From contig NC_043005.1 of NCBI RefSeq assembly GCF_006345805.1, positions 17,484,001 to 17,548,000 of the forward strand: 64,000 nt of DNA, in the 5' to 3' direction. The DNA comes from Octopus sinensis. Lineage: Eukaryota. The notes under the pieces were generated by a model that saw only the letters and a list, made by a program, of their open reading frames with translations, was not told where the DNA came from and did not search any database. Every line of letters starts with the position of its first letter. Position 1 is the stretch's first letter. The translations under genes and the position numbers were made by a program. Positions 12,956-27,331 of the stretch are shown one piece after another.

Positions 12956-14780
12956 TTCGTCATTATATGCAATTATCAGACGTTAATTCTGTGCAGAGAA
13001 TTCATCTGCGATTTGAGTTTGTCTTTAACCTCCCATGAAGACATACTAATAAACTCTCTATTAAAAAGGGTTTTATTAACTTGCATATAAACGCGCTTTT
13101 GACAGCGATTAACTGATTTTGTGGATAGTTATACTTGTCTGTACATCAAGGCGGTCTTAACAGTATTATAGCCACAACCCTGAAAATCAATGTACTGGGT
13201 ATTACAGTATTTATTTACTGACATCATATATAAAACAGAATTGGGCCTCTCGACCTGTAAGTCTCCGGGCAGTTGCCAGTGTCCTCATGTCTCAAAACGG
13301 TGCTGTTGTACATATAGTGCTCGCTACAAATCTATATAAGGTCTTACATAACCTGGATAGAGCAATTTGCATATAAAACGCACTTTTATCTACTTCGATA
13401 AAGTGCTTCCATGGGTAGTTTACATTTGTCTGTACATACACTGTGCTGACTATATATCGCTGGATATATTCTGTAGTACAGTGTGGCATTGAAACAAAAC
13501 ACTGTATATGCACAAGCTAGTTCGATAACAAAATTGTCTATACGATATACGCAAGTCTTTAATCATAATGCGTACGTAAGCCTTGTCTTCATGGATAGTT
13601 ATAGCGGGTACTCTGCGTTTCATCCGCCTGGGGTCGACAAAAACAACCAACAGATACGTCTACACACTTATTCTACGAATTTGTGGCATTGCACTCTCGG
13701 TGTAAGAAATCAATATTAACAGCAGGATTAGAAAGGGGGAGGGAAGGAGGGAGGGAAGGAAGGAAGGAAGGAAGGAAGGAAGGAAGGAAGGAAGAAAGGA
13801 AAAGCATAATTTTTTCTGCTTTATCCATTACGGATATTTGACGACGTTTTGGCTTGATTTCATTTCAAAAGAAAATATAAGCATGTTCACTATTTTAGCG
13901 ACACACAGACAGTATTTCGTCACGAGGACCCGCGATGATAAGAGAATTTTGTGTCAAAATATTTGTCTAAACTAAATTGGGGAAACATTGTTCTAAACGA
14001 ATGAAATCAAAGTAAACAATAGCATTAACAGAAAACGAGCGTTTATGTGACAGGAAGTATTTAGGGTGGGCCAATACAGGGTGGGTTGCACCCTGTTTTT
14101 ATCGTTAACCGTCATCTTGAACAGATACACTGCTGCTAAATCATGCAGAACTTGTACGAATGCTATTTAATATTTCATGCAACCAAGTGGTTTTACTTAA
14201 AGTTCTTTAAAAAGATTAATATTCGTTTACAATCCATTTGATTTTCCATGTCACAAACAGACATATGACAAGATTTGCAACATCACCGAAAAAAACAGAA
14301 AGAAAAACGAAACACAACCAAAGAAGCAATTTCGTACAATAACACCAAATAGTACCCACAGGGTGCTTAATAATGTTACTAAATCTTACTACTTTGATCG
14401 TTGTAAGGCTTTATTTGTGGTATTTGTTATTTTTCTTGAATTCTATTGTTCTAACCCAACAGCTTTCAGTATAACAACCGTTTATGTATGTACAACATTT
14501 TTTTTTGCTTGGTAAGTTATGCAGCTTCATGTAAACAGACAGGGGCGGGGTATATCTTAATCCTTGAGTAGTAAAGTTTTCACGAAATATTTTGGTTTCG
14601 TGAAAATGTGATCTCATTCTATACCGGGGTGAGTTAAAACATAAGCGAACAATCAAACGCGCGCGTACGCAAACGTAGGACCACATATTTAAATATTTAC
14701 ATACACACATACACACATGCATGCATACATACATACATACATCCATCCATCCATCCATACATACATACATACATACATCA

Positions 14781-14813
<33 letters not shown>

Positions 14814-16293
14814 GCATGCATGTGTGCGTGCGTGCGTACATGCATAATACTTTACATGCGTGTGCGCATGCGTACAAACACACAAACAGACAGACAGGCA
14901 GGCAGACAGGTAGACAGACAGACATACTGTGTTCTATCCTCCATATGACTCACAGCACATGCAGCCTTGTTCTTACAATATAACATAACCATAACAACAT
15001 TCCAGCAGAAATATTAGTCGCTATATTTTCGTTTGTTACTCAGAAAGAAGGGACTATTAACCTCTCTATCTGGGACCTTAACAAGCTTTCTGAGACTCGA
15101 AGGCAAGATACGATTTACACTCAGATTAAGCATTTGGAAATCGACGTTAGCAGAAAAAAAAAACAAACATGGTCTGGAGAAAAGGGTTGTGTGTTTAGCC
15201 CTCGCATGCAGGCCCTCTGAGTAGGTGCCTGCAGAGGAATCATGGTAAGGGAAGACTATATAGAGCGCTGAGGTTTTGGGGGAGGGTATGGAGTCAGAAC
15301 CTGAGGTAAAGATGAACAGAGAGGAAAGACGATTCAGTCTGTTGAGCCTGGGTGAAGATGATACGAAATTAGTCGGGTCCCAGGGGGTCAGAGGTTAGAG
15401 AAATAGCAGTAGAATAGGCAAAAAAAATAATAATAACTACGCAAGGAGTTGGGGGTTTTCGTAAATAATCTAGGAAGACGGGATGGAACAAATTTATTCA
15501 TGCAGGGCCTGAGAAGTGAAAGAATACAAAATGCCATGTTTGAATCAGAGCCGCCTCAACAGCCTTATTGCCCCCCCCTATAACCTTTAGTCAAAACTGC
15601 TTGACTTAGATTCCAGAGGGAAATTATTTCTATTATAGTTTATTTTATTGTAAAGGAAACCTAATTAACAATTTTACTTTTAGTGTATGCTTACCATGGT
15701 AACCAAAATACTTATTAACATGATATTAAATTAATATTTTTGATCGTTAAGAAAAACAGATCTTTTACCTTTTTAATCTTTTGTTTGTTTCAGTCATTAG
15801 ACTGCAGCCATGCTGGTTAAAAAGAAAAGGTAAAGTTACCTTCTCGAGTGATGGCGACTCATAAGGGCCGGCTTCCCAGTTTCCATGGTGTATATATTCC
15901 CCACCTGGATGGGACGCTAGCCATCGCAGGGTTACTCACTTTTGCCAACTGAGTGGACTGGTGCAATGTGAAATGAAGTGTTTTGTTCAAGAACACAACA
16001 CCCCGATCGAGAAATCGAAACCACAACCTTATGATCATGAGTCCAACACCGTAACTACTAAACCACGCACCACCACGCGGCCATGCTGGGGCACCGCTTG
16101 GGAGAGAGTAGACGAACAAATCGACCCTGTACTTGTTTTGTTTTTTGGAGTCTGGTACTTGTATTATCGATGTTTTTGCTGAACTGCAAATTTACGGAGA
16201 CATAGACAAACCAGCACCGGTTGTCAAGTGATGGTGGGGACAAACATACAGACACACTTACACACGTACACATACACGTACACATGCACACGC

Positions 16294-16328
<35 letters not shown>

Positions 16329-16330
<2 letters not shown>

Positions 16331-18284
16331 AGGTGCTAGGGGTATTTGAGAACACGTAATTATCAGTATAAAGACAATGAAAAGGATTTTTTTGTTTTTC
16401 CCAGATCCTCTACGACAGATAAGATGTTAGCACAACGAAAGGAAAGAATTGACATCCAGTCAATGTCGTCATATTTGCGGGACACAGAAGTTTCGAAATT
16501 GCTAACCTTTTAAATGTTGTAAGGTCTCTTGAACATTTATTCGGATAGAATTGGTAAGCCTCTGACAGGAACATTTCAACGGTATAAGTGAGAAATTTCT
16601 CGGCGGAATTCTGAGTTCAAATTTGCCTTTCATCCTTTAGGGGTCGATAAATTTAAGTACCAGTAACGCACTGGGGTCGATGTAATCGACTTAATACCTA
16701 TGTCTGTCCTTGTTTGTCCCCTCTGTGTTTAGCCCCTTGTGGGTAATAAAGAAATAGGTATAAGTGAGAAAATTAAAAGAAAAAAACAGTGTAAACGTTC
16801 CGACACTATAAGAACACTGAAGTTCATCCAACATGTTCAAAGCATAGATGATCATGCCGGAAATTCAATGAGGGTCACCGACAAAGAAATTCCGATATCG
16901 GAGAGGACTATCAGAACTGTGATGCACAAGGAAATTTGATAGAAGACGTATGTACTGAAAAGGGACCAATTCATACTTGCAAAGACACAGGAAATCCGCT
17001 TGACTCGTGCCAGGAGGTTATTAAACAAAGTTAAAAACCCTCACGAACATGTCATGCTTTGTTTCTTCTTTGAAGAGAAAAACTTCGACTAAGACAATAC
17101 GTTTAACAGTAAAAATGACAGCTGCCTATGTCCAGGTTTTTCTGACATTCCCAGAGTAATGCATACTAAGCTTCCAGCAATTGCAATCGTTTTAGGTGTG
17201 GTGAGTAACGAACGACATATAGTATCACTTCACATGTTTCTACAGGCTCTTGGAATTAATGCTATTGGATACGTTGAGGTGCGGGAGACAGTTGCTAAGC
17301 CGGGGATGGATGAAGTACGTAGTGGAAGACCATATGCATTTCAACAAGACTCAACACTTTCTCATAAAGTAACCCAAGAATGAATGTCAGGCAATCTTTA
17401 CTATCATGTAACACCGAACTTGTGACGCCCAAACTCACCAGATCTAAATCCCATGAGCTACGTTTGAGGCGTTGTTGAAAACAAGGCTAATAGACATCCT
17501 CAACATACCACGCTGGTGAGACCCATATTGGAGTACGGGATTCAAGCCTCTTCTCCTTATCTCCTCAAAGATATACAGCATCTCGAAAGAGTCCAGAAGC
17601 TGGCTACCCGCATGGTTCTTGGTCTCAAGCATTTGTCTTATGAAGAAAGGCTGAAGACGCTCGACCTTTATTCTCTAGAAAAACGACGACGCCGTGGTGA
17701 TCTCATTCTCGCCCACAACATCATAAGCGGAAAGTGTAACCTCTCGAAAGAGCTGTTCTTCACTCTTGCTCCAGAGCGTCGGCTGCGGGTCACTCCGAAA
17801 AGCTCTATCTGCGACGATTTCATCTCAATCGAAGGAGAGGGGCTTTCTCCGTCCGGGTTGCGGATCCGTGGAATAAGCTGCCGGACGAGATAGTGAAGAT
17901 GCCGACGACCGCTCGGTTCAAAGTCTCCATTGACCACAAATGGCCTGAACTCTTTGCATGAACACCACCCTGTACATAACTCCATGTCCCCCTACATGGC
18001 CTTGCTTTTTTGCTTTTTGAGCCAAAATTAACTTAACTTAACTATCACCAATGCCCAGGTGGTGTCCGGAATTAATAAGGACCATTTAGTGCAGGGATGT
18101 CAACGATTCCGGCCTTGCATTGAAGCAGTCATCGAAGCTGAAGGTGGATTCATAATATACTCTTATAAGAAAGCCTACCGAGAGCAAGTGCAGAAATTTT
18201 CATTAAAATATATTTCGATCTTGCTAGATTAAAGTTGGTTAATTAAATTAGCAAATATATCCTCAAATACTTCTCACATCCCTG
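16329..18284 (+). mobile_element. Decayed Tc1/mariner (maT/DD37D-like) transposon with nested SINE B and CR1 fragment
   Basis: Degenerate TIRs (CAAGGTGCTAGGGGTATTTGAG / CTCAAATACTTCTCACATCCCTG) after TA. Motifs FFFEEKNF, FQQDS, PNSPDLNP and CQRFRPCIEAVIEAEGG are present with stops. Confidence 0.8.
17505..18043 (+). mobile_element. CR1-clade LINE 3' fragment inserted in the transposase
   Basis: LVRPILEYG..LERVQKLATRMV..YEERLKTLDLYSLEKRRRRGDLI, then a (TTAAC)n tail. The transposase resumes after it. Confidence 0.88.
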
Positions 18285-19006
18285 TTTGAGTCTGTCACGG
18301 TTTTTGTCTATCAAATTTTTTCACAAGGCATTAGTTGGCCCGGGGCTATAATAGAAGACACTTTTACTTAAGATGCCGCGCTTTGGTGCAGAACCTGAAA
18401 CCATATGGTTGCAAAACGAGTTTCTGAATCGCGCAGCCGTGCCTACACTTACACATACCTGCAAATTTGTTTTGTTTTGTTTTGTTTTTTTCATGAAATC
18501 TTAAGTGAATGATGCATGATAATTTAGTTTTAGAATAAATGTATTTTCCCTGCCACCATTTATACATAAGTGTTCTTATACAGAAATAAGTGTTCTTAGA
18601 CCATTTATACATAATTGTTCTTAGATCAACGCACAAACACCGAAGAACGCAACAGATCCCATTTTTCACTTTCAAGATATTTTGTATCGGGAAACTAACA
18701 AAGACACTTTGTAAAGAGATAGATAAATAGATAGAGAGATAGGTACATAGGTAATACGGACAGACACGCATACTCACACACACACACAGACACATGAACA
18801 TACATACATACATGAACACAAGTACATGAATAAGCAGAATACATACATAGAAACGTACATACACGCATATATTTATATATGCATACACACACACGCATCC
18901 ATCTATCCATACATACATACATACATACATACATACATACATACATACATACATACATACATACATACATACATAGGTGTATATACATGTACACTGACGC
19001 ACAGAC

Positions 19007-19214
19007 TCTTTACTCTCTTTTACTTGTTTCAGTCATTTGACGGTGGCCATGCTGGAGCACCGCCTTTAGTCGAGCAAATCTACCCCAGGACTTATTCTTT
19101 GGAAGCCTATTATTCTATCGGCCTCTTTTTGTCGAATCGCTAAGTTACGGGGACGTATCAGCTCTCAAGCGATGTTGGATGGACAAGCACAGACATAAAC
19201 ATATACACTCACAC

Positions 19215-19270
<56 letters not shown>

Positions 19271-19435
19271 GACGGGCTTCTTTCAGTTTCCGTCTACTAA
19301 ATCCACTCATAAGGCTTTGGTCTGCCCGAGTCTATAGTAGAAGACACTTGCTCAAGGTGCCACGCAGTGGGACTGAACCCGGAACCATGTGATTGGTAAG
19401 CAAGCTACTTACCACACAGCCACTCCTACGCCTAT
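19007..19435 (-). mobile_element. SINE family A, full length
   Basis: Head, (TA)n middle and GGCGGTGCTCCAGCATGG..GACTGAAACAAG tail. Confidence 0.85.
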
Positions 19436-19645
19436 ACGTGCACACACGTGCACAAAGAAACAAACAAACAAGGCAGCTCCGATAATGGACAGAGTCAGCA
19501 ACTATCGAAGAACCTGCAACAAGCAACGAAGATTTTCTTTAAAAAAATGAAACAAGTATATGAGTGGAAATTGAACTGGTGTGCGTGTGTGTTAATTAAT
19601 AAGGCATTAAAACAGAATCACTCTCCCCAGTCACAACAATATATA

Positions 19646-20062
19646 TATTTCTTTACTACCCACAAGGAGCTAAACACAGAGGGGACAAACAAGGACCGAC
19701 AAACGGATTAAGTCGATCACATCGACCCCAGTGCGTAACTGGTACTTAATTTATCGATCCCGAAAGGATGAAAGGCAAAGTCGACCTCGGAGGAATTTGA
19801 ACCCACAACGTAAAGACAGACGAAATACCTATTTCTTTACTACCCACAAGGAGCTAAACACAGAGGTGACAAACAAGGACCGACAAACGGATTAAGTCGA
19901 TCAAATCGACCCCAGTGCGTAACTGGTACTTAATTTATCGACCCCCGAAAGGATGAAAGGCAAAGTCGACCTCGGCGGAATTTGAACTCGGAACGTAACG
20001 ACAGACGAAATACGGCTACGCATTTCGCCCGGCGCGCTAACGTTTCTGCCAGCTCACCGCCT
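19646..20062 (-). mobile_element. SINE family B tandem dimer
   Basis: Two ~185-bp body units behind one head. The same structure occurs at 29953-30371. Confidence 0.85.
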
Positions 20063-20393
20063 ATAAACAATATATATATATATACATATACATGTATGTG
20101 TGTGTGAGTGTGTGCACACGCCCGTATTATGTACGTACGTATGTATGTACATTGTGAAACTGTCTAATGCTGTAGCTTTTTTCGTTTCTTTGACAGCAGA
20201 TGGCCTCCTTCATCTCACAACTCGCAAAACAGGAGGCTACGATATGGCGCAACGTTTGAAGGTCACATTGAATTCAGTGCACTCTAATAAGGCGGAATTA
20301 TAGGAAATTTTATGGAATATATTAAAAAATATTATTACGCTTAATTTGGAAAACGTAATCTCCTAATATAATAATGAACGTAGTATTTATACA

Positions 20394-20427
<34 letters not shown>

Positions 20428-20452
20428 ACACACAACACACACACACACACAC

Positions 20453-20483
<31 letters not shown>

Positions 20484-21161
20484 GATATATATATATATAT
20501 ATATATTTATGTCAAGAATCACGCTGACGCGGAGGGGAAGAGAAAATAGTAATTCAGTGAAGGAAAAGTAGTGAGAGTAATAGCCCTGACTGAGAGGGAG
20601 TGAGAGAAAGGAAGGGGTGATAGATAATAAGAAAGGAAGGGGTGAAAAAAATCAGCGTTTCAACTCTGTGTGAGTATATGTGTGTATGTGAGTTCGTGTT
20701 GAAGGGAAGTATGTGAACGTTTGTATGTGTGATTATTATGTACCTTATTTTGTAACTCATTTATATATAAAATACTACAATTAGCTGTCATTATCAACGG
20801 CACGTGGTCACCTAGTTATTGATATTGGTCTCAGATTTTGGCACATGGCCAACAGTTTCGGGGAAGAGGTGACACAGGTTACATTGACCCCTGCACTCAT
20901 GTGGTATTTGTTTTATCGACTCCAGTAGGATGAAAGGTAAAGTTAGCCGCAGCGGAATTTACGGAATTTATGATATTAAAACAAGAAATTATACTTCTTA
21001 GTAACTTTTTTGTTTGTGTCATTTAAAAAAATTTATATATTTATTTATTTTTGCGGGGTAAACATTCGGATATTTGGTGCCAACATGAATGCTTACAATT
21101 TACGATGTTTTTCAAATGAATATCCATCAGTGGGGATCTTAATAACTATTTTATTATTATA

Positions 21162-21535
21162 CTAGCAGTATCGCCCGGCGTTGCTCGGATTTGTAAGGGA
21201 AATAACTATAAAGCATTGTTAGAGAGTTATAGCCAAAAAATAGCAAAAAAATGGAAAAAAAATGATGGTAAATTTTTTTGAGGGTTAAAAAGGTCGAGTT
21301 GCGTCCCCTAGACAGTCTGTGGTTTGTGTTTCTGATTCTCGATCCCATGTCGAATTTATCGATTTTTTTCAGAACTGGGGGAACTTTTCGCTGCGTTAGT
21401 TTTGAATTATGACATTGGGCTATGTGTGTGTCAAGTTTCATCAGAATCGGTTGAAAGCCGTGGTCAGGGTGAGGGTACAACCTAACAGACACACAGACAC
21501 GCAGACAGACAAACTGCCGTTTATATAGAGAGAGA
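21162..21535 (-). mobile_element. Non-autonomous Helitron
   Basis: Reverse complement starts TC, ends with the CCGAGCAACGCCGGG hairpin and CTAG, and sits between A and T. Confidence 0.8.
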
Positions 21536-22735
21536 TTTCTGTTGAAATACACTGCTATTTTTAAAATAATGATGAATTTAGAAAAGTATCTGCCATTACC
21601 AAGCTAGTGTTTGGAACATAACTTGACAGGAAATTTTCATGTGAGGTTTTAATTTAGAACATTTTGAAACAGGACGTTTGTAGTATAGAGCCAGAAGCAG
21701 TCTTGAGTGGGTTGGCGTCAAAAGTGTAATAAGCATTTGATAATAATAAAAAGGCGTATTTGCCAAGCATGGTACTGTAGGCGTGGGTATTTTCTATTCC
21801 ATTTTTTCAAATTTCACTGGAATATTTCTTTATAACAGAGATTTCATAATATTAACTTCTCAGTGTTCAGTTAACTCCATCTGTGGCTCCTTAGTCAATT
21901 AACGGGGAAGCACGTTGAATTGGCGGAGACCAGATTAGGTTTCGAGATAAGAAAAAGATTAAGAGCGTTCGGAGTATTTGTATGTCGACAGGTGTAGGGA
22001 ATGGAGTAGGTAAATACGTACTACATATATTTCAAAGGAAAACCGAACGAGAGTTATGTAACTCTGAAGTATGAGATATATGCTCAGCTTTCCTCTTCTT
22101 CTGATACTTTTACCTGTTGTTTACAAGTTCGTTGTCTTTAAGACACACTCTCAATTAACCGGAAAAAAATGACTACACCTACGACAATGAAATAGTGGAT
22201 AGCAGCATGTACATACATATATATGTATAGGTGTGTGTGTGCGCGCGTGCGTGTATATAGATAAAATATACATAGATGCATATATACACACAAACATTCA
22301 TACATACATAGTCATCACTCGTAAAAGAGTGTGACCTGGCACCATGTACTCTGCTGTCGTTAATTGCTTTAAGTACCAGTATAGTTGCGAGCAGGCATAG
22401 AAACCCTTTCAGCCCTCAACTTTGAGCCTGGAACAACATCAAAGATATGGTAGCTGAAGGGAAAATCTGGGTTGCACCAAGACTAGGCTGGTACTCATAT
22501 TCAGCTATACAGACTGATGCAATATAAAATGAAGTGCCTTGCTCGAGAAAAAAAAAGCACCACCCACTCTAATAATTGAATGATTGCTATTCCAGCATCT
22601 TAAACTCTAGGCCAGGTATGATTCACGGTTTGGGCAATATTCATGCCAACTCTGATCTCTGTGTTGGGCCTGGAAATCGTGATGCTGCATGGACGGTGCA
22701 TTTTTGTTGATTACAATGGCCGGAATTATATGCAT

Positions 22736-22794
<59 letters not shown>

Positions 22795-22800
22795 AATATT

Positions 22801-22834
<34 letters not shown>

Positions 22835-22859
22835 ATATATAATATATATATATATTATA

Positions 22860-22904
<45 letters not shown>

Positions 22905-22948
22905 TATATATATATATTATATATATAAAATATATATATATATATATA

Positions 22949-22987
<39 letters not shown>

Positions 22988-23009
22988 AGATTATTATATA
23001 ATATATATA

Positions 23010-23056
<47 letters not shown>

Positions 23057-23077
23057 CATGTGCTTATATATATAATA

Positions 23078-26000
23078 TTTGATTGATTGATTGATTGATC
23101 CTAGTTTCAGCTCATGAGCTGTGGCCATGCTGGGGCACCGCCATTTGGTGTTGCTACATGGTTTTACTTCACGGATGCTTTTTAGCAACTGCCATTTGTG
23201 CTTGAGAGAGTTCGATGCAGCTGCCCTCATCTTCTGCACCTCCTGCCGTGAAGTTGTTTCATCTGGGATACCTGACAGAAGAGATCCAGTTTCATTTTAA
23301 AAGACATCTGCATCCACCCCCATGCAGGCTCTTAGGTTCTTCGGGAGGATATTGAAGAGCTGTGGACCTCGAAGCCCAGGCTATCACAGTATCTTGTCCT
23401 ACATCTTGATGGCAAATTTGGAGTCCTAGGCACCATGCAGTGGCGCCCAGTTCTGGCATTTGTGTAACTCTCGATGCCAAAGTTTGGGACAAGTCCCTCC
23501 AAGATCTTCCAGATGTTATTATGGCATATCTTTCTCGCCCTACGCTCCAAGGAATAGAGTTTTAATCTCTTGATCTTTCCCAGTAGCTTATATTCTGCAT
23601 AGAGGCTATCTTCTTCGTGTAGCTACGTGGATCGCCTCAAGTTCTGTGATCAACTTGGCACTGGATGGTGACCATAGCTGAGAGCAATAGTCAAAGTGGC
23701 TTAGGACAAGTGTCCTCCAGGGACCATCATGGTTTCTTGTTCTCTTGTTTCTAAAGGTTCTGAGAATCCATCCGGCCAGTCGTCTACATTTCATTGCCAA
23801 TTTAGCAACATGCACACGAAAGGTTGCGTCATCACTCATGTAAATACCCAGGTCACGCACTGATTGTGCCTCTGGGATTGCAATTCCTCCGGGTCCAGTG
23901 TATTCATTGGATATTGCATTTAGTTTTCGCATGCTGATAGTATAAAGCTTGAAACTTTTCAGCATTGAACTGCATGCTATTCTTTTCAGCCCCCTTGTAT
24001 ATTTTGTCCAGCTCACATTGCAGGCTTTTAGTGTCCTCAGGGTTCTGTATTGCCTGTGAAACTTTGTATCATCTGCATAACTTGTGATCGTGGCTCTCTG
24101 CGTGGCTGAGGGCATGTCTGAGAGGGCATTATGAACAGTAGTGGTCCCAAAACAGTGCCCTGTGGAACCCGCTCACTATTTGCGTGTTAATGGAAGTGTT
24201 GAGGCTACTACACCCATGACTTCTATCTTTCAGAAAGTCATGAAGCCATTCTCCCAGTTTCCAACAATGCTGAGATCACGCAGTTTGTGACATATCATTC
24301 CATGATCGACTTTATCAAAGGCCTTTGCAAGGTCGAGATATATCACTTCCACATTTGAGTGGTGAGCAGTCGTTTCAGCACCCAGACATAGTGTTGTAGG
24401 AGCTGAGTTAAGCAGCTTCTCCTGGTCGGAAACCATGTTGGGTGTCAGGCAGCAAGTCATTTTCTTCTTCAAGGAAGGTGATCAGTTTCCTTCTGACTAT
24501 TCGTTCCATATGACCTTGCTGATGTGTGAGGTCAGAGAGATAGGTCTGTAGTTCTTGGCCTCCGCTCTGCTACCTCCTTTATGAATAGGGCATTTTTTAC
24601 CTTCCTTCAGTTTTCTTGGAAGTTTGCCAGCTGCAAGGAAGCTCTGAAAGAGGAACTGCAGTGGTCTTGCTAGCTACTCTCTACATACTTTTGGAGGATT
24701 GCCGGGAATCCATCGGGGCCAGTAGCTGAGTCTGTTTTCATTTCATCTATAGCCTTTATTACATCGTCTTCCTTTATATCGATGTAATTTATCGTCGCCG
24801 CCTCTGATTTTATATTTGCAGTGGTAAAGAAGTCAGTTGGATTGGTGATTTGGAAATCCCAAGGGGTAGTTTGAAAACATCTTGAATTGCTCATTCAGTA
24901 TTTCACTTACCCTCATTGGTTTTCCTGTGAGTGTGCCATCCTTTTCAATGAGTGGCCCTATCCTACAGTGCACCGTAGCTGTTTCTTGGCATACCTGTAG
25001 AAAGCTCTGGTTAGATTTAATGTTGTCTATAGCCCAGGCTTCTTTGTCTGCTCTTTCCTTTTCATGGGAGAGTTGCAGACATTTTTCAATTTCCAACAGT
25101 TTTATTTTCAGGCGGGGGGCTTTTCACATGCTTTCAATTTGTTTGTTTAGGTTAGGCGATTTGAAATTTTTGTACGCCGTCTCATTAAAATTTTCTTCTC
25201 TCTGGGGATTTTGTTCTTGTGTACAGTGGCCTTTCTCTCTGGGACACATTTGTAGCAATGGCTTGCATTAACAGACATGAATTGTTGAAGTTTCACGTCG
25301 ATGTCTGGCGAGGAGGAGAACATTCAGCCAGTTTTGTTTGAGGATCTCTTTCTCAATTTTGTTTCCAGTTTGCCTTATGGAAGTTCAAGCTGGAAAGATT
25401 CTGAGGGTTTCTTGTAGGCTGCATGTCCATGCTTTCCTTTGGCCCGTACCTGGTCACTCTACCATGTTGTGATCCGAGAGTAGTGTCGGTGTCACTTTCA
25501 CATTATGGATGAGTCCATATTATTTGTGAAGCAGAGATCCAGTGTGTTACCTGCCCTGGTTGGTTGGAGTATTACTTGCTCCATGTACAGGGTGTTTGAT
25601 GAGGTTCAGGGGGACCTCGCCTGTCCTCGTTCACATCTTGTCATTCCTGGGAGAGAAAGGCCCTCGGGCCATCTGACATTGGGTAGATTGAAGTCTCCCA
25701 TAAGAAGTACACTTATGTGTTGTTCTAATGTGATTAGAACTTTCTTCTATTTTTATAAGGCAGTCTTCAAACTTGCCTACATGACTTGGGGCATCTGGAG
25801 GGCGATATGTAGCACACACAACTACATCAAGTTTGCCTTATATGTACAATTAGTGTGTCACACACCCGAGTTTGAGTATGACAAAAGGACCTGGGGTGTG
25901 AGGTCTCACGGATGTACATAGCAACTCCTCCATGACTCCTTTCTTTTCTGTCGGTCCACAGTACAACATACTGTGGTATGTGTAATTCCGCATCTGCTAT

Positions 26001-26235
26001 GTCCGGTTTCAGGTGCGTTTCCGTAAATGCTATGCATAAGGCTCGATTGCATGCAACAAAGTCTCTCAAGAACGGGATTTTTGTCCTGTTACTGAGTGTT
26101 GCAGTCCTCTGATGTTCAGTAGGAGCATCGAGGTGAGGTGTATGCTGTTGCCGCGGTGTCCCCTTGGGTCTGTTTGCTGTGGTGGTCTTGTATTTGTGGG
26201 TAGTCCCCTGCGAGCTTGGTTTGATGAAGCCAGGT
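23078..26235 (-). mobile_element. CR1/L2-type LINE ORF2 (APE + RT), 5'-truncated, many frameshifts, (ATCA)n tail
   Basis: IAFTETHL..HGGVAMY, YRPP, GDFNLP, LDLCF, SDH (APE). YRPISLTS, YLDLAKAFDKVDH, PQGTVLGP, YADD, RDLG, LYSLERRR (RT and downstream). Confidence 0.92.
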
Positions 26236-26399
26236 TTATATATATATATTATATTATATTATTTATATTATATTATATTATATATTATATTAAATTAGAG
26301 ATAAAACCACTTTTAGGCAAATCAAACAAGGAAAATCATAAGTCAATACATAGAAATAAAATTAATTAATACAAAATATAAATATAAAAAATATAAAAT

Positions 26400-26432
<33 letters not shown>

Positions 26433-26458
26433 CATATATATACATATATATATATAAA

Positions 26459-26630
26459 GGTAACTACATGAGTACCTGCGCTAAAAATAGAAGTCAAAAT
26501 ACATTTGTGCCACGGAAAAGTCACAAAATACATACAGGCATGGTAGAAAAAAATCCAGTGAACAATAAAGTCGAGGTACAGAAGTATTTTTGACTTCTAT
26601 TTTTAGCGATGCAGGAACTCATGTAGTACC
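26459..26630. mobile_element. Small MITE/foldback in (TA)n
   Basis: ~50-bp imperfect inverted arms GGTAACTACATGAGTACCTGCGCTAAAAATAGAAGTCAAAATAC / GTATTTTTGACTTCTATTTTTAGCGATGCAGGAACTCATGTAGTACC. Confidence 0.7.
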
Positions 26631-27177
26631 CGTCTGTGTGTATATATGTATATATATATACGTTGTTTTTACTGTATTGTTCTCACTGTCCTATTCTTGT
26701 TACCACTTTCACCCTCCGCAAAAAATCCCAAATTCTATTTAATTGGCTTTGCGGGAAGGACTGTTTCAACGAAGTCGCGTCTTGTCCTTGCCTTCGTAAC
26801 ACAGAGTAGATGAAACAGGGAGAACTGAAGAAGAGGAATATTCTTTATGTTGTATGTCTCGTTTCTCTGTTTGTTTGTTTTTCGTTGTTCGAAAATAAGT
26901 TTGTTTTCTATGTTTTTGTTTTTATGTTTTCATTTCTCATTGTGTTCAACGTTTTTTTTTATGTCTTGTACCCATATATGCATGTATATATATACATATA
27001 TATGTAGGTATGTACATATATGTATGTATATATGCATATATACATACATATATAAGTAAGTTTTATGCATATATACATACATATAAGTAAGTTTTATGTA
27101 TCTATCTATCAATCTATCTATCTACTATCTATCTATCTATCTATCTTCTCTATCTTATCTATCTATCTATCTATCTA

Positions 27178-27215
<38 letters not shown>

Positions 27216-27229
27216 ATATATATATATAT

Positions 27230-27271
<42 letters not shown>

Positions 27272-27282
27272 ATCTTATATAT

Positions 27283-27331
<49 letters not shown>

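Noticed and set aside
19646-20062. CRISPR-like repeat array
   Set aside because: Eukaryotic SINE dimers with no unique spacers and no cas genes.
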